A stretch of 64,000 bases of DNA. Origin: Shigella phage SHSML-52-1. This document shows, piece by piece, positions 14,001-24,390 of this stretch. The position numbers were made by a program, and so were the translations under genes. Each line of letters opens with the position of its first letter. Position 1 is the stretch's first letter. The DNA lies in sequence record KX130865, one strand, 5' to 3'. The notes below the pieces were generated by a model. The model searched no databases, was not told where the DNA came from, and saw only the letters and a list, made by a program, of their open reading frames with translations.

Positions 14001-14141
14001 TTCCCCGTCTGCCGTTTTAGTCTCAGCGATTTCTACGAAATAGTAGAAATTAGCACCAACGTCATCCCAGCGTATTTGAACTTGGTTAGCGGACAACTTG
14101 GATATTCTGAGACTTGTGACTGCTGGCGCTTTTACTGTCAT
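11043..14141 (-). CDS. 7: baseplate wedge subunit gp7
   Basis: 1032 aa, same length as T4 gp7; synteny. Confidence 0.9.
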   Translation of the reverse strand: MTVKAPAVTSLRISKLSANQVQIRWDDVGANFYYFVEIAETKTADGEIIPPASYRWINLGYTPNSNWFESSLDPLTSYIIRVSTAAEGFERSDWVYTEIFESFQTNAYTFQHMIEMQLANTFIREKFTNNNMAYVDFNNDTIMAALMNESFQFSPAYADISSIKNFIIGENEYHEIQGSIQQVCHDINRVYLMESEGILYLFERYQPVVKVSNDKGQTWKSVKLFNDRVGYPVSRTVYYQTGYTTYVLGYDKLFYGRKSTDVRWSADDVRFSSQDITFAKIGDQLNLGFDVEIFGNYASLPANVSRIAEAIVCNDDYVYVAARDKVRFIKTSNAPIDSDPLSPTYSERLFEQETFNITGNPKAVCYKMDSVGGKIFALIIGEVVNLNDDPRTTPIVDSADKGVYVLDHDAGTFKRVFGNTEEERRRIEPGYTSMSTDGVELSISSSNFKFLESDIVDDPKTQIKYGLIGAVKYEYPREWLADKHYHMMAFISTEDSQWESFTPQPMEYYAEPFFSYSRKSGTRCWINNSDKAVVIYSDLLYTKVIENHPLSSSDREVHEYWKDGDCTIVMPNVDFTGFKKYASGMIFYKSSGEIISYYDFSYRVRDNVSIIWKPTNIFLTASLQNQEKDTTWTPVEENGIADPDLRPLLTTMMPESYLLDNTNFEAFCEAYIQYLSDGYGTHYNNLLNLIKNQYPREEHAWEYLWSEIYKRNIYLNAEKRDLVSRFFESRSYDFYSTKGTEASYKFLFKVLYNEDVEIEIESSSGTEYDIIIESDSLTEDLVGQTIYTATGRCNVTYIERSYSKGKLQWTVTIHNLLGRLIQGQEVKAERLPGFEGEIVRGIKGKELSQNNIDYINRGRAYYVMKIKSKLPSSRWKSDVLRFVHPVGFGFIAITLLTMFINTGLTLKHVETIINKYKNYKWDSGLPTKYADRVAKLDPQGNVEFDPITGKAIYEIGPMAGQDYPLPEDYNAENNNSIFQGQLPSERRKLMSPLFDASGTTFSRFRDLVEQRLIDNVGNPRDPVNPPQVKLDE

Positions 14142-16111
14142 TGTGAAATAGGCTCCAAATCTATAGTTAAGTACTGAGGACGTAAGTCATTTTCGAATAC
14201 GATTAAAGAACCATCCTTTGTAAAAATAATATCATCTGCAGGGTCGGAATAAAGTTCAATTGTTTGAACTTCAAAACGGTCTGAAGTGAGGTCAATTTTA
14301 GCAATGTTCCAATAAATCGAATCGGCAGGATAATTCACTTCACCAATTGAATAGTATTTGTTTCGTCCGTCAGTAACAGCAAGTTTATTAAAATCATTAC
14401 CTGTATAAGGTTGTATATTTTCGTTTTCAACAACATCACCGTCGGCAAATGGACCGATAATAACTTGACCTATGCCACGGTCATTACGGTCAGAAGATAC
14501 TATGCGAACACCGTATTTAATAGTTTCGTTTGCATTTTCTGGATTAGGTCTGTGCGAATCAAACGAGAATATATTAGATTCCATCGATCTATCTTTAATC
14601 TGATTATTGTATTTAATACCGGCCTCAGGCGTTTTATAAAAGTTCTGTACTTCGCGAACCATTTGAATAGTAGCTGAAGAACCAATAATAGAAATATCTG
14701 CATCATCGACATAAGTTAGCATTTTAGATTTTGCAAACGATGAGTTAAAAATTTCTACATCTTCAATATAATATCGGTCAATTTTATTAATAATTTGCCC
14801 TTCAAGATATTGTTCTGATTCTTGGAGTTTATTCAACGCGTATGTAACTTTGATATTCATTTTGATAAACAAATAATCAGGCGAAATAACAACAGGTGTA
14901 ATAGTCCCTAAGTTATAATCATTTAAATAGTTTTTGATATCATCACGTTGAACAGAAGTCAAATACAATCCAGATTTAGGCTTAGCAGCAATATATGCGT
15001 ACCCTGGTTTAGATGAATCTGTGAATGTTTGAACCGCTTGAATAATAGAACCAAACCGCTCAGAAACGAATGTGTCATAGTCGGAAGCGGTTACACAACG
15101 TTGTTGAGTTTCGCGTTTAATTGTGCCTAATTCGCGGATACGTTCAATATCTTCAGGGTCACCACCGCCATCGGCCCCGACAAAGTCTGGGTTATTGCTA
15201 GGGTTCTCGTTAATATCGATTACCGTGATATTAGCTAATGTATCTGCATAAGAAAATCCTACAGCACCGTTAGCATCTGCGCCATTAGTAGAAATATACT
15301 CAATTACGATTTTAGAACCCTGAACAGGTTTAAGGCCACCAATATAGTTGGATGTTAACGCGCCTTCTGATGTGTTAATAGAGATTTCGCCTTCACCAAA
15401 ATAAAATTCGGTGTTCCCATCAACTGTTTCACGCATATAATAGATTGTTGACGTAGAACCAGCGTGAACCATCGACTTACGAGTCCAGTTAATCCATTCT
15501 GCTCCGTCAACATACAACTTAACCAAATTACGGTCAATATTCTTATCACGAATAATGATAGGTTTTAATCTATCAAATGTTAATTCAGTGCGAACAATAC
15601 GACCCTGAGCTAATCGAAGACGTGGGAAATATTGGTTATTTTTGTCTTTAACTACAATGACATCTTCAGTAGAAACAAAGTTATACGGGTTAACAGAAGT
15701 ATCTTTAGCGTATGCTAAGAAACGAGTGCCACGTGGAATGGTGATATAGTTTCTATTTAATGCATCTGTACATGTGAGCATAATTTCTGTTTGTGCTGCT
15801 GATTTAGATGAAGGCAGATATCCGTTATCTTGAGCCGCTTGTACAACAGAGCTACGCAAGTTTGCAGTGCGCATAAAACTTTCATACACTGCGCTATTAC
15901 TAAACTGTTGGATGTAAAGAGTGTTATATGCTAAAAGGTCGCACAATACGTTTAAGCGTGAACCTTCAAAATCATAATCAAGAAATTCATTCTGTCCATG
16001 GAGCCATTCGATAATGTTTTGTTTGATTTCGGCAAATGTGCCCCCGATAAAAATCTCGGGAATAGCATTCGCTGTTCGGGTTAATTGATAATTTACAGGA
16101 GTGTTTGCCAT
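14138..16111 (-). CDS. 6: baseplate wedge subunit gp6
   Basis: Start placed at ATG 16111 (MANTPVNYQLTRTANAIPEIF, matches T4 gp6 N-terminus; AGGA upstream) rather than the upstream track start; about 657 aa. Confidence 0.9.
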   Translation of the reverse strand: MANTPVNYQLTRTANAIPEIFIGGTFAEIKQNIIEWLHGQNEFLDYDFEGSRLNVLCDLLAYNTLYIQQFSNSAVYESFMRTANLRSSVVQAAQDNGYLPSSKSAAQTEIMLTCTDALNRNYITIPRGTRFLAYAKDTSVNPYNFVSTEDVIVVKDKNNQYFPRLRLAQGRIVRTELTFDRLKPIIIRDKNIDRNLVKLYVDGAEWINWTRKSMVHAGSTSTIYYMRETVDGNTEFYFGEGEISINTSEGALTSNYIGGLKPVQGSKIVIEYISTNGADANGAVGFSYADTLANITVIDINENPSNNPDFVGADGGGDPEDIERIRELGTIKRETQQRCVTASDYDTFVSERFGSIIQAVQTFTDSSKPGYAYIAAKPKSGLYLTSVQRDDIKNYLNDYNLGTITPVVISPDYLFIKMNIKVTYALNKLQESEQYLEGQIINKIDRYYIEDVEIFNSSFAKSKMLTYVDDADISIIGSSATIQMVREVQNFYKTPEAGIKYNNQIKDRSMESNIFSFDSHRPNPENANETIKYGVRIVSSDRNDRGIGQVIIGPFADGDVVENENIQPYTGNDFNKLAVTDGRNKYYSIGEVNYPADSIYWNIAKIDLTSDRFEVQTIELYSDPADDIIFTKDGSLIVFENDLRPQYLTIDLEPISQ

Positions 16112-16119
16112 TTTAATTC

Positions 16120-16413
16120 CTATTTTATAAAGACTTTTGACGAGGCCTGAGAAACAGTATCCCCGCATGAAATTGGGTCAGCCATTTGAACGGCCTTTTT
16201 ACCGGTGACGTATACTTTAGATGTACGAGGTTCAGTAACACCCCCATGAGTCTCGTATGGTTTTTTAATTTCTGTATGAGGTGTTATTTGGTCTCCTGCT
16301 ACAAGAACAGGAATACCACCGGTGAATACTTTAGATTGAGAAGCGTTAATTACCGTAGGAGGCCATGCTTCATGACCTGTTGTAACGCACTGGTCGTAAC
16401 TTAAGCCAGACAT
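16120..16413 (-). CDS. 5.4: PAAR-repeat spike tip protein gp5.4
   Basis: 97 aa from ATG 16413 ([21 protein letters not shown]...), matches T4 gp5.4 length and sequence. Confidence 0.85.
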   Translation of the reverse strand: MSGLSYDQCVTTGHEAWPPTVINASQSKVFTGGIPVLVAGDQITPHTEIKKPYETHGGVTEPRTSKVYVTGKKAVQMADPISCGDTVSQASSKVFIK

Positions 16414-16415
16414 TT

Positions 16416-16931
16416 TTATGGCCTCATATAAACATAGTTTCGTAATTGTTGTGCCCATTTGCTCCAATTTCCTACTATAGTTTTTGTATAAACCTTAGTA
16501 AGAGTTTTTTGTACTGGAGCCGGTGGAGGTTCTGTACCAGAGTCACTTCTTGTGCCGCCTGATGAACTTTCTTCTTGGTAGTTATAAATCATTTCAACCG
16601 TATAACTAAACACTTTACGAAGATTCTGAGGAGCTCTCCACAAATATAACTGTGTGGACTCATCTTTTGGTAAATCATCCCATGAAGATGCGGTTTCAAA
16701 ATCATCATTTAATCGGTATTTCAATGCGTCCGAAGAAAAGCTAAACACACTTTCATATGTTCCATATAAACGATTACCATCTACCGTAATGCCTTGTGTC
16801 GGTTCATAATCTGTTATATTTATTGACACTAAAGTTTCGGTTGTTTCTAACTGTGGAGTAAAAAGGACGTCAATAGACGCCCCTTCCATGTCTTCTCCTA
16901 AGTCGGTATTTAAAGGAAGTATTTGTGCCAT
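16416..16931 (-). CDS. 5.1: conserved hypothetical protein gp5.1
   Basis: 171 aa ORF between 5 and 5.4, as in T4. Confidence 0.65.
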   Translation of the reverse strand: MAQILPLNTDLGEDMEGASIDVLFTPQLETTETLVSINITDYEPTQGITVDGNRLYGTYESVFSFSSDALKYRLNDDFETASSWDDLPKDESTQLYLWRAPQNLRKVFSYTVEMIYNYQEESSSGGTRSDSGTEPPPAPVQKTLTKVYTKTIVGNWSKWAQQLRNYVYMRP

Positions 16932-16934
16932 ATA

Positions 16935-18668
16935 TTACCCAATATCAATACGAGATCCGTCAACAGTATATTGTCCTGAAGCTATTGAGCTCATTGTAGT
17001 CATTGTCTCAGACCAATTGCCAGCAACAGTCATATCAACATTACCATTGACGGTCCATTTAACATTACCATTGACAGTATAGTCATGATTCCCTTCAACT
17101 TGAGTCTTAGCATCACCTTTAACAAGAATATCTGCATTTCCGTCAACAACTATTTTGATATTGCCCTTAACGTAAAGAGTTCCATCGCCTTCAACAGTTT
17201 TAGATTGGTTACCACGAATAAAGATTGTGTCATTACCGTCTATTTGATGGAGGCGGTCTGCCATGTTATAATATATTTCATTAGCACCAACGTTAACAAG
17301 TTTATCACCAGAAATCAAGAAGTTCCCATCGCCATTAGTGATGTCAAAAAGGTCTTCTACAGTTTTACGAGTACGACGACCGGATGGAGAAACTTCCTCA
17401 TATGACCCTGTTGGATGAACTAAGCGATAACGCTCATTACCTGGAGTGTCGTCAAACTCTTGGATATGTCCGCTTTCTGTTTCCATAGCATGAACATACG
17501 GGTATTCACCGCGATAACTTGATTCCGGTTCTTTAAAAAGGATACGTGAATCTAACGGAACAGGAGGACTAGCCGGATCTTCTGGATCTGTATTTCTAGT
17601 AACTAAATCGGCACCAACACCAGGCGAAGGTGGTGTTTTAACAGGAACACCGTATGATTCCATGTTACCAGTTAAAATAATTGTTGTTACGCGTGAAGCA
17701 CGTCCTTTAGTCTGTTGGAACCATAACGAATCACGCCCAGATTTGTATGCAGTTTTCCAATCGCCTGCGGCCATTGCTTTAAGCATAGTATTGAATTTTG
17801 CTACACCGCCAACACCCATTTGGAAGCACATGTTTTCTAATGCCATTTGGCGAGACCTGTTCATTTTAGCATAAACAGGACCTACTTTAGAATTAGAACG
17901 AATGTCTTTCTGCATCTTAGCAAGGTCTTTCTCAAATAACGCTGTTGCTTCTTCTAATGTAATAGTTCCCGGATTTCCTGTTACTTCACGCCCTACTTGA
18001 TCGGATAACAATTTATTAATTCGAGACATATCTCGGGTCTTTTCCATTACGATAAGGTGTCCAATACCTACGGTAGGATACCCGAGATGGTCCCAATACA
18101 CTTTATCACGAAGTCCTTCGTCACGACGTAACATTTCTGTTATTGTAAAATTAGGGTCATCATCTTCTGGAATATTTGCTAAATCTGTATCATCTGGGTT
18201 TATACCATAATCCAAGTTGTTATCTTGAATTACGTTAGAGTTTGAATAATAACCAGCTTCACCACCTTGGTTTAATACGTTCGTATCATTACCTAAACGT
18301 CGCGGATATTGGCCAGTCGGGTCTGAAAAACCTTCAAGTCTATTAGGCTTTTCGCGTACAATTCCACCATATGTACCAAGTACAATCCCGTTTGTTTTCC
18401 ATTTGTCTAAGAAATGACCATATACTCGAGTTCCTTCAACAGGACCTGTAACAGAACCACCAATACCTGACATTGATGCAGACGTAATAGGTTGAATAAC
18501 AGTCATCCATGGAAGTTTTTCTGTAGGAATACCTTGTACGTCACCTTGTGCTCTCTGTGCTGGATGAAGACCAACGACTCGAACTCGAACTCGCCCTTGT
18601 TTTAATGGGTCCATTCTGTCCTCGACAACACCCACGAACCAATTAAGGCTACTGCTAATCATTTCCAT
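16935..18668 (-). CDS. 5: baseplate hub subunit and tail lysozyme gp5
   Basis: 577 aa; N-terminal OB domain, central lysozyme region (EGLRDKVYWDHLGYPTVGIGHLI), C-terminal VxGxxxxxx beta-helix repeats. Confidence 0.92.
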   Translation of the reverse strand: MEMISSSLNWFVGVVEDRMDPLKQGRVRVRVVGLHPAQRAQGDVQGIPTEKLPWMTVIQPITSASMSGIGGSVTGPVEGTRVYGHFLDKWKTNGIVLGTYGGIVREKPNRLEGFSDPTGQYPRRLGNDTNVLNQGGEAGYYSNSNVIQDNNLDYGINPDDTDLANIPEDDDPNFTITEMLRRDEGLRDKVYWDHLGYPTVGIGHLIVMEKTRDMSRINKLLSDQVGREVTGNPGTITLEEATALFEKDLAKMQKDIRSNSKVGPVYAKMNRSRQMALENMCFQMGVGGVAKFNTMLKAMAAGDWKTAYKSGRDSLWFQQTKGRASRVTTIILTGNMESYGVPVKTPPSPGVGADLVTRNTDPEDPASPPVPLDSRILFKEPESSYRGEYPYVHAMETESGHIQEFDDTPGNERYRLVHPTGSYEEVSPSGRRTRKTVEDLFDITNGDGNFLISGDKLVNVGANEIYYNMADRLHQIDGNDTIFIRGNQSKTVEGDGTLYVKGNIKIVVDGNADILVKGDAKTQVEGNHDYTVNGNVKWTVNGNVDMTVAGNWSETMTTMSSIASGQYTVDGSRIDIG

Positions 18669-19243
18669 TATGCAATCTCCATCTCACGAATCAAATCAGT
18701 AATAAACGAGTTTATATCTTCTTTTGCAACAATTTTTATTTTACGAAGTTTTTCATTATCTAATACTGCCGCTTCATAAGTATCTACTGCAGCTAAAGGA
18801 CCTTTATATTGCGGATACTTACGAGCTTCATCACCTTTATCATACCACACTAAAGGCTCATCCGGATATGAAACTAAATTGTAAAATTTCTCACGGTTCT
18901 CGTTAATATGGTAAAGAATTTGGTCTCCGCCAGCATTTGCATATTTCTGAATAGAAGCTTGATACGCTGCTTCCTGAGATGTAATCCAACCATAATACGG
19001 GTCATAGTTATCATTACACATCAAAAGGACCCAGTATAATTGTGGGTTGCCATAAATTATGTTTGCTAGTTCTTCAGGACGCGGAGAGCCTTTAATATAA
19101 TAAGAACGTAATCTATAATTGGCAGCCACACGCTTAAAGTACTCTTTATAGTTACGAAATATGTCTGTCATAGGAATAGTAGGTGCATTCTTATCAACTG
19201 TTTTAGCACTATATCCTATTGGGTCGAAGAATGTAAATAACAA
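18668..19243 (-). CDS. 53: baseplate wedge subunit gp53
   Basis: 191 aa beginning MLFTFFDP as in T4 gp53; the only available start is TTG at 19243 with AAGGAG 6 nt upstream. Confidence 0.85.
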   Translation of the reverse strand: MLFTFFDPIGYSAKTVDKNAPTIPMTDIFRNYKEYFKRVAANYRLRSYYIKGSPRPEELANIIYGNPQLYWVLLMCNDNYDPYYGWITSQEAAYQASIQKYANAGGDQILYHINENREKFYNLVSYPDEPLVWYDKGDEARKYPQYKGPLAAVDTYEAAVLDNEKLRKIKIVAKEDINSFITDLIREMEIA

Positions 19244-19270
19244 AATAGTCTCCTTCCAATATTAAATTGG

Positions 19271-19278
19271 TATAAATA
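19271..19278 (+). promoter_or_regulatory. T4-type late promoter TATAAATA (for genes 4-2)
   Basis: Exact TATAAATA 27 nt upstream of the gene 4 ATG; divergent partner of the gene 53 late promoter. Confidence 0.6.
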
Positions 19279-19285
19279 ATAATAC

Positions 19286-19293
19286 TATTTATA
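19286..19293 (-). promoter_or_regulatory. T4-type late promoter TATAAATA (for gene 53)
   Basis: Plus strand reads TATTTATA at 19286-19293, i.e. TATAAATA on the minus strand, about 43 nt upstream of the gene 53 start. Confidence 0.6.
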
Positions 19294-19304
19294 AGGAGGA
19301 CAAC

Positions 19305-19754
19305 ATGGCCTACTCTGGTAAATGGGTCCCGAAAAATTTAAAAAAATACCGTGGAGACCATACCAAAATAACGTATCGTTCAAACTGGGAAAAATTCTTT
19401 TTCGAATGGTTGGATAAAAATCCGGAAATTATTGCATGGGGTAGTGAAACAGCAGTAATTCCATATTTTTGTAATGCTGAAGGTAAGAAACGTCGATACT
19501 ATATGGACATATGGATGAAAGATGCATCAGGTCAAGAGTTCTTTGTAGAAATAAAACCAAAGAAAGAAACTCAGCCACCTATTAAACCGGTGAATCTTAC
19601 AACTGCGGCTAAGAAACGTTATATGAATGAAATCTACACATGGTCTGTGAACTGTGACAAATGGAAAGCTGCTTCAGCTGTTGCTGAAAAGAGAAATATA
19701 AAATTTCGAGTTCTAACCGAAGACGGACTTAGGAAACTCGGATACAAGGGGTAA
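19305..19754 (+). CDS. 4: head completion protein gp4
   Basis: 149 aa; divergent from 53 as in T4; size matches T4 gp4. Confidence 0.85.
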   Translation: MAYSGKWVPKNLKKYRGDHTKITYRSNWEKFFFEWLDKNPEIIAWGSETAVIPYFCNAEGKKRRYYMDIWMKDASGQEFFVEIKPKKETQPPIKPVNLTTAAKKRYMNEIYTWSVNCDKWKAASAVAEKRNIKFRVLTEDGLRKLGYKG

Positions 19755-19756
19755 TT

Positions 19757-20578
19757 ATGAGCATATTCCAAATTATATCTGAAGGCGTACAAGCCCCTAA
19801 GATTGCTCAGTCTATGAATGAAAGAAAATGGATTGAGATAGGATTAGAATACAAGAAAGCTAAAGAGAAAGGAATCACTGCAAAAGCATTTGCAGAATCA
19901 AAAGGAATAAAATACTCGTCGTTTACATCTGCAATGTCTAGATATGCATCATCTATTAAGACTGCACAGAAAATTGAAACGCTTGAATCTAAACCTAAAA
20001 ATAAACTCAATAAGCAAGAACGTCAACTTCTGATGATAAACTCGTTTCGCAGTTCAATACGAGAAAAGATTAGAAATGAAGGCGCAGCAGTAAACAACAA
20101 ATCATCTAAGTGGTTTGTTGAAACAATTAAGAAAAGTGTAAAAGGTCATAAAGTAGTCAAGCCTACGCCAGGCAAAATTTATACTTACGTGTATGATGCT
20201 AAACATAAAGATACTCTGCCGTATTGGGACAGATATCCTTTGATTATTTATTTAGGATTAGGTAAACATAATTTGATGTATGGATTAAACTTGCACTATA
20301 TCCCACCTAAAGCACGTCAACAGTTTCTTGAAGAATTGCTGAAGCAATATGCTAGCACAACTACTATTACTAATAACACAAAGTTGAAGATAGACTGGAG
20401 CAAGGTGAAAGGATTTCAAGGTGCTGACAAAATGATTAAAGCATACCTGCCAGGCCACATTAGAGGAACAATAACAGAAATAGCTCCTAAAGACTGGGCT
20501 AACATAATCATGTTACCTACTCAGCAGTTTATGTCAAAAGGAAAACGTTTCTCTGCGAATACTGTTTGGAAATCTTAA
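19757..20578 (+). CDS. 2: DNA end protector protein gp2
   Basis: 273 aa (T4 gp2 274); synteny 4-2-3-1. Confidence 0.85.
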   Translation: MSIFQIISEGVQAPKIAQSMNERKWIEIGLEYKKAKEKGITAKAFAESKGIKYSSFTSAMSRYASSIKTAQKIETLESKPKNKLNKQERQLLMINSFRSSIREKIRNEGAAVNNKSSKWFVETIKKSVKGHKVVKPTPGKIYTYVYDAKHKDTLPYWDRYPLIIYLGLGKHNLMYGLNLHYIPPKARQQFLEELLKQYASTTTITNNTKLKIDWSKVKGFQGADKMIKAYLPGHIRGTITEIAPKDWANIIMLPTQQFMSKGKRFSANTVWKS

Positions 20579-20680
20579 TTCTATTCTCTTCCGTTCTTCT
20601 GATATTCTGTTGAACCGGATTAATGGAAGAGACCTAAAACCATTATACTGCATTTTTATTAAAGCGTTTTTGAGGTGCTT

Positions 20681-21265
20681 ATGACTCGTCCAACGAGACA
20701 GATTTTTAACCAAACAAATATAACAAACTTTGTTGTGGATATCCCAGATAGTACACGAACTTCAGGTTTTGTGCTCAATGCCCAAACGGCTCCACTGCCA
20801 GGTGTGAGAATTCCTGTTGTTGAAACTGTGACAGGCACAATGGGGCTAGGTCGTGCAATGCGTGCAGGCACCACATTTGAATATGACCCTTTTGTTGTAC
20901 GATTTATAGTTGATGAAGACATGACGTCCTGGATGAACATGTATAAATGGATGCTCAGCACTAATAACTATATAACCGGGCATAATACGGCCCATGCTGA
21001 TGGTCCTGAGTTTGTTACTTTGCACATTTTAAACAACAATAAGACCGAAGTAGTTTTGACTGCGAATTTCTATAAACCATGGATTTCCGATCTGAGCGAA
21101 ATTGAATTTAGTTACACTGAAGATTCTGACCCTGCCGTTACGTGCGTAGCAACTATTCACTTCGCGTATATGACGATAGAAAAAGACGGCGAAGTCATTG
21201 TATCTCAACAACCACGTCAAGTGGTCGAATCTAAATCCATTTCTAGACACCCTTCTTTGCGTTAA
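20681..21265 (+). CDS. 3: tail completion / tail tube terminator gp3
   Basis: Start set to ATG 20681 (GAGGTG SD) rather than the GTG at 20675; identity from position between genes 2 and 1. Confidence 0.7.
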   Translation: MTRPTRQIFNQTNITNFVVDIPDSTRTSGFVLNAQTAPLPGVRIPVVETVTGTMGLGRAMRAGTTFEYDPFVVRFIVDEDMTSWMNMYKWMLSTNNYITGHNTAHADGPEFVTLHILNNNKTEVVLTANFYKPWISDLSEIEFSYTEDSDPAVTCVATIHFAYMTIEKDGEVIVSQQPRQVVESKSISRHPSLR

Positions 21266-21318
21266 TCGCTTCTAGCTCTGTATGTTATAATCATTCATAA
21301 ATTATATGAGGAAAACCT

Positions 21319-22053
21319 ATGGAGCTAATCTTTTTAAGTGGCATCAAACGTAGTGGTAAAGACACTACTGCTGATTACATCAATTCAAACTTTAAATCCG
21401 TAAAATACCAATTGGCATATCCGATTAAAGACGCTCTAGCAATAGCCTGGGAGCGTAAACATGCTGAAAACCCCGACGTATTCACCGAGTTGAAATACGA
21501 ATACTTTGAAGGCATTGGATACGACCGTGAAACACCATTAAATCTCAATAAGTTGGATGTTATTGAATTATTGGAAGAAGCGATAATTTATTTACAAAGT
21601 CAATATTTACCAATTAATAATGTTAAAGTATTATCATCATTAGAAGGTGGATATTCATATCTAGATATTAAACCATATGAAGCCCTGCGTGAAGCTATAA
21701 ATAATATCAACGACACATGGTCAATCCGCCGTCTTATGCAAGCCCTCGGTACGGATGTTGTCGTTAATTTATTTGATCGTATGTATTGGGTTAAACTTTT
21801 TGCATTAAACTATATGGATTATATTGGAAGTGATTTCGATTACTATGTTGTAACCGATACACGTCAAGTCCATGAAATGGAAACCGCTAGAGCGATGGGT
21901 GCTACAGTTATTCATGTGGTTCGCTCTGGTACGGAATCCACCGATAAACATATTACAGAAGCTGGGTTGCCTATTGAAGAAGGCGATTTAGTTATTACAA
22001 ACGACGGCTCTTTAGAAGAGCTTTATTCTAAAATTGAAACAATCTTAAGGTAA
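21319..22053 (+). CDS. 1: deoxynucleoside monophosphate kinase gp1
   Basis: 244 aa beginning MELIFLSGIKRSGKDTTADYI with P-loop GIKRSGKDT; close to the T4 gp1 sequence I recall. Confidence 0.9.
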   Translation: MELIFLSGIKRSGKDTTADYINSNFKSVKYQLAYPIKDALAIAWERKHAENPDVFTELKYEYFEGIGYDRETPLNLNKLDVIELLEEAIIYLQSQYLPINNVKVLSSLEGGYSYLDIKPYEALREAINNINDTWSIRRLMQALGTDVVVNLFDRMYWVKLFALNYMDYIGSDFDYYVVTDTRQVHEMETARAMGATVIHVVRSGTESTDKHITEAGLPIEEGDLVITNDGSLEELYSKIETILR

Positions 22054-22057
22054 TAAA

Positions 22058-22743
<686 letters not shown>

Positions 22744-22820
22744 TTTTCACAAAACAGTTTACATAAGGATGATGGCGTGATACTATCATCCTATCAAATA
22801 AACAACCTCAAGGAAATAAA

Positions 22821-23108
22821 ATGAAAACCTATAAAGAATTTATATCACCTGATGCTAACGTTTCTACTCTGACCGAAGCGACCCTTACTTCCGAAGTTAT
22901 TAAAGCAAATAAAGGACGTGAGGGTAAACCAATGATTAGTCTGGTTGACGGCGAAGAAGTAAAAGGTACTGTTTACTTAGGGGATGGATGGTCTGCTAAG
23001 AAAGATGGCGCTACTATTGTTATCTCTCCGGCCGAAGAGACCGCACTGTTTAAAGCTAAGCATATTTCTGTAGCTCAGCTTAAAATTATTGCAAAAACCC
23101 TTCTGTAA
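22821..23108 (+). CDS. ipI: internal protein I (IPI)-like, capsid-targeted
   Basis: 95 aa as T4 IPI; starts MKTYKEFI (capsid targeting sequence); L-T-E at residue 19 gives a 76-aa mature form like T4 IPI*. Confidence 0.7.
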   Translation: MKTYKEFISPDANVSTLTEATLTSEVIKANKGREGKPMISLVDGEEVKGTVYLGDGWSAKKDGATIVISPAEETALFKAKHISVAQLKIIAKTLL

Positions 23109-23112
23109 GTAG

Positions 23113-23149
23113 TTTACATGCTAATAGGACTATGGTATAGTAGTCCTAT
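23113..23149 (+). promoter_or_regulatory. early promoter cassette (-35 GTTTAC, -10 TATAGT inside inverted repeat)
   Basis: GTTTAC 23113-23118, 17-nt spacer, TATAGT 23136-23141; arms ATAGGACTA 23124-23132 and TAGTCCTAT 23141-23149. Confidence 0.6.
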
Positions 23150-23171
23150 CAAAATTAATTAGGAAAATAAA

Positions 23172-23480
23172 ATGAAAACCTACAAAGAATTTATCAATGA
23201 AGCGGCTGCACCAAAGACATTCGTTATTAATACTCAAGCGAGTCTTGATGATGAGTACGCGGAAGCAATTCTGAGGTCACTTGCTAAGAACGGCGTTGAA
23301 GTAACTGCATCAGACTTTAAGAAAGGGGCTCCCGAGATGTTTATTTCTATAGTTAAAGGATCTAAAGCTAAGATTAAATCATCATTCGGAGTTGCTCGTA
23401 CCGATCAAATCGACAGTCATGACTTTAAACAAACCGGCGTTAAACGGCAGAATACGATTGCATCACGCGGAATAAAATAG
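23172..23480 (+). CDS. capsid-targeted internal protein-like (CTS MKTYKEFINE)
   Basis: 102 aa; N-terminal MKTYKEFINE with I-N-E gp21-type cleavage context; body unrelated to the other CTS proteins. Confidence 0.6.
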   Translation: MKTYKEFINEAAAPKTFVINTQASLDDEYAEAILRSLAKNGVEVTASDFKKGAPEMFISIVKGSKAKIKSSFGVARTDQIDSHDFKQTGVKRQNTIASRGIK

Positions 23481-23492
23481 TTTATAAAACCG

Positions 23493-23530
23493 TTTACTTT
23501 TAGATAGGGTAGTGATACTATTACCCTATC
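23493..23530 (+). promoter_or_regulatory. early promoter cassette with 9-bp inverted repeat
   Basis: GTTTAC 23493-23498; TACTAT 23516-23521; arms GATAGGGTA 23503-23511 and TACCCTATC 23522-23530. Confidence 0.6.
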
Positions 23531-23549
23531 AACTACTGAGGAGAATAAA

Positions 23550-23735
23550 ATGAAACGCGCTGAACTGATTCGTAATGTTGCTGTAGTAATTGCTTCAATG
23601 GCTTTTAGTTTTTCGATGTTTGTAGGATTCATTTGTGGACTACTGACAACAACTGAAAATTCTATCTCATTGGTAGTAGCATTTCTAATCGGTTTAATCG
23701 CTATTGTTATGGATAAAATTGCAAAAGGTGAGTAA
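23550..23735 (+). CDS. small membrane protein (two predicted TM helices)
   Basis: 61 aa, hydrophobic stretches VAVVIASMAFSF and LVVAFLIGLIAIV; GAGGAG SD. Confidence 0.5.
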   Translation: MKRAELIRNVAVVIASMAFSFSMFVGFICGLLTTTENSISLVVAFLIGLIAIVMDKIAKGE

Positions 23736-23736
23736 A

Positions 23737-24099
23737 ATGAAATATCACGTATATGCGGATTTTGAAGCAAATCCTTCTAAAGACCCGGATTGTCGTTTAT
23801 TCCGTAATCCGTTTGATTCAGCAGCTCAAGCATGGGCCTGGATTAAAACTTGTACTCCTTCTTACACTTTCTTTGAAGTGGTAGATGATAATGGTGTTTT
23901 GCATCCAGAACCTACAGAAACTATTAATTTCCTTCTGTTTGCTGGTTATGACTGTTATCCTCTTGGTGGTATTGACGACCTTGTTGCTACAGGAAAAACT
24001 GTTGAAGCTCTTCGCGAAATTTATAAAAACGCAGAAGAAAATTTTGACTGGTATCATATTGTTGATGCTCATACCTTTGAAGTGGTGGAACATTCATGA
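23737..24099 (+). CDS. hypothetical protein
   Basis: 120 aa from ATG 23737 (MKYHVYADFEA) 2 nt after the upstream stop. Confidence 0.55.
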   Translation: MKYHVYADFEANPSKDPDCRLFRNPFDSAAQAWAWIKTCTPSYTFFEVVDDNGVLHPEPTETINFLLFAGYDCYPLGGIDDLVATGKTVEALREIYKNAEENFDWYHIVDAHTFEVVEHS

Positions 24100-24386
24100 T
24101 TCTTTATGCTAAGGTAAAATCCGTTGAGAATGGATATGAAAGCGATCAACGTGCAGCTAAAGCACTAGTCGATTACTATGGTATTTTGACCCACTTTGAA
24201 GTTGAAAAGGTTTACGTCGACCGTTCATCTTCACAGGTTAAATTACTTTGGGAAGACCGCAAATTTAATAGTGTGAACTTTGATTTCTTTATTGAAACAG
24301 AAAAAGGTCCTCTTGAATATGATATTTTCAAGAATCCTTTAAATCTTGAATGTATTGAGTATAATTACATTAATATGGTACGGTGA
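24096..24386 (+). CDS. hypothetical protein
   Basis: 96 aa; ATGA start-stop overlap with upstream gene. Confidence 0.5.
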   Translation: MILYAKVKSVENGYESDQRAAKALVDYYGILTHFEVEKVYVDRSSSQVKLLWEDRKFNSVNFDFFIETEKGPLEYDIFKNPLNLECIEYNYINMVR

Positions 24387-24390
24387 GTAA

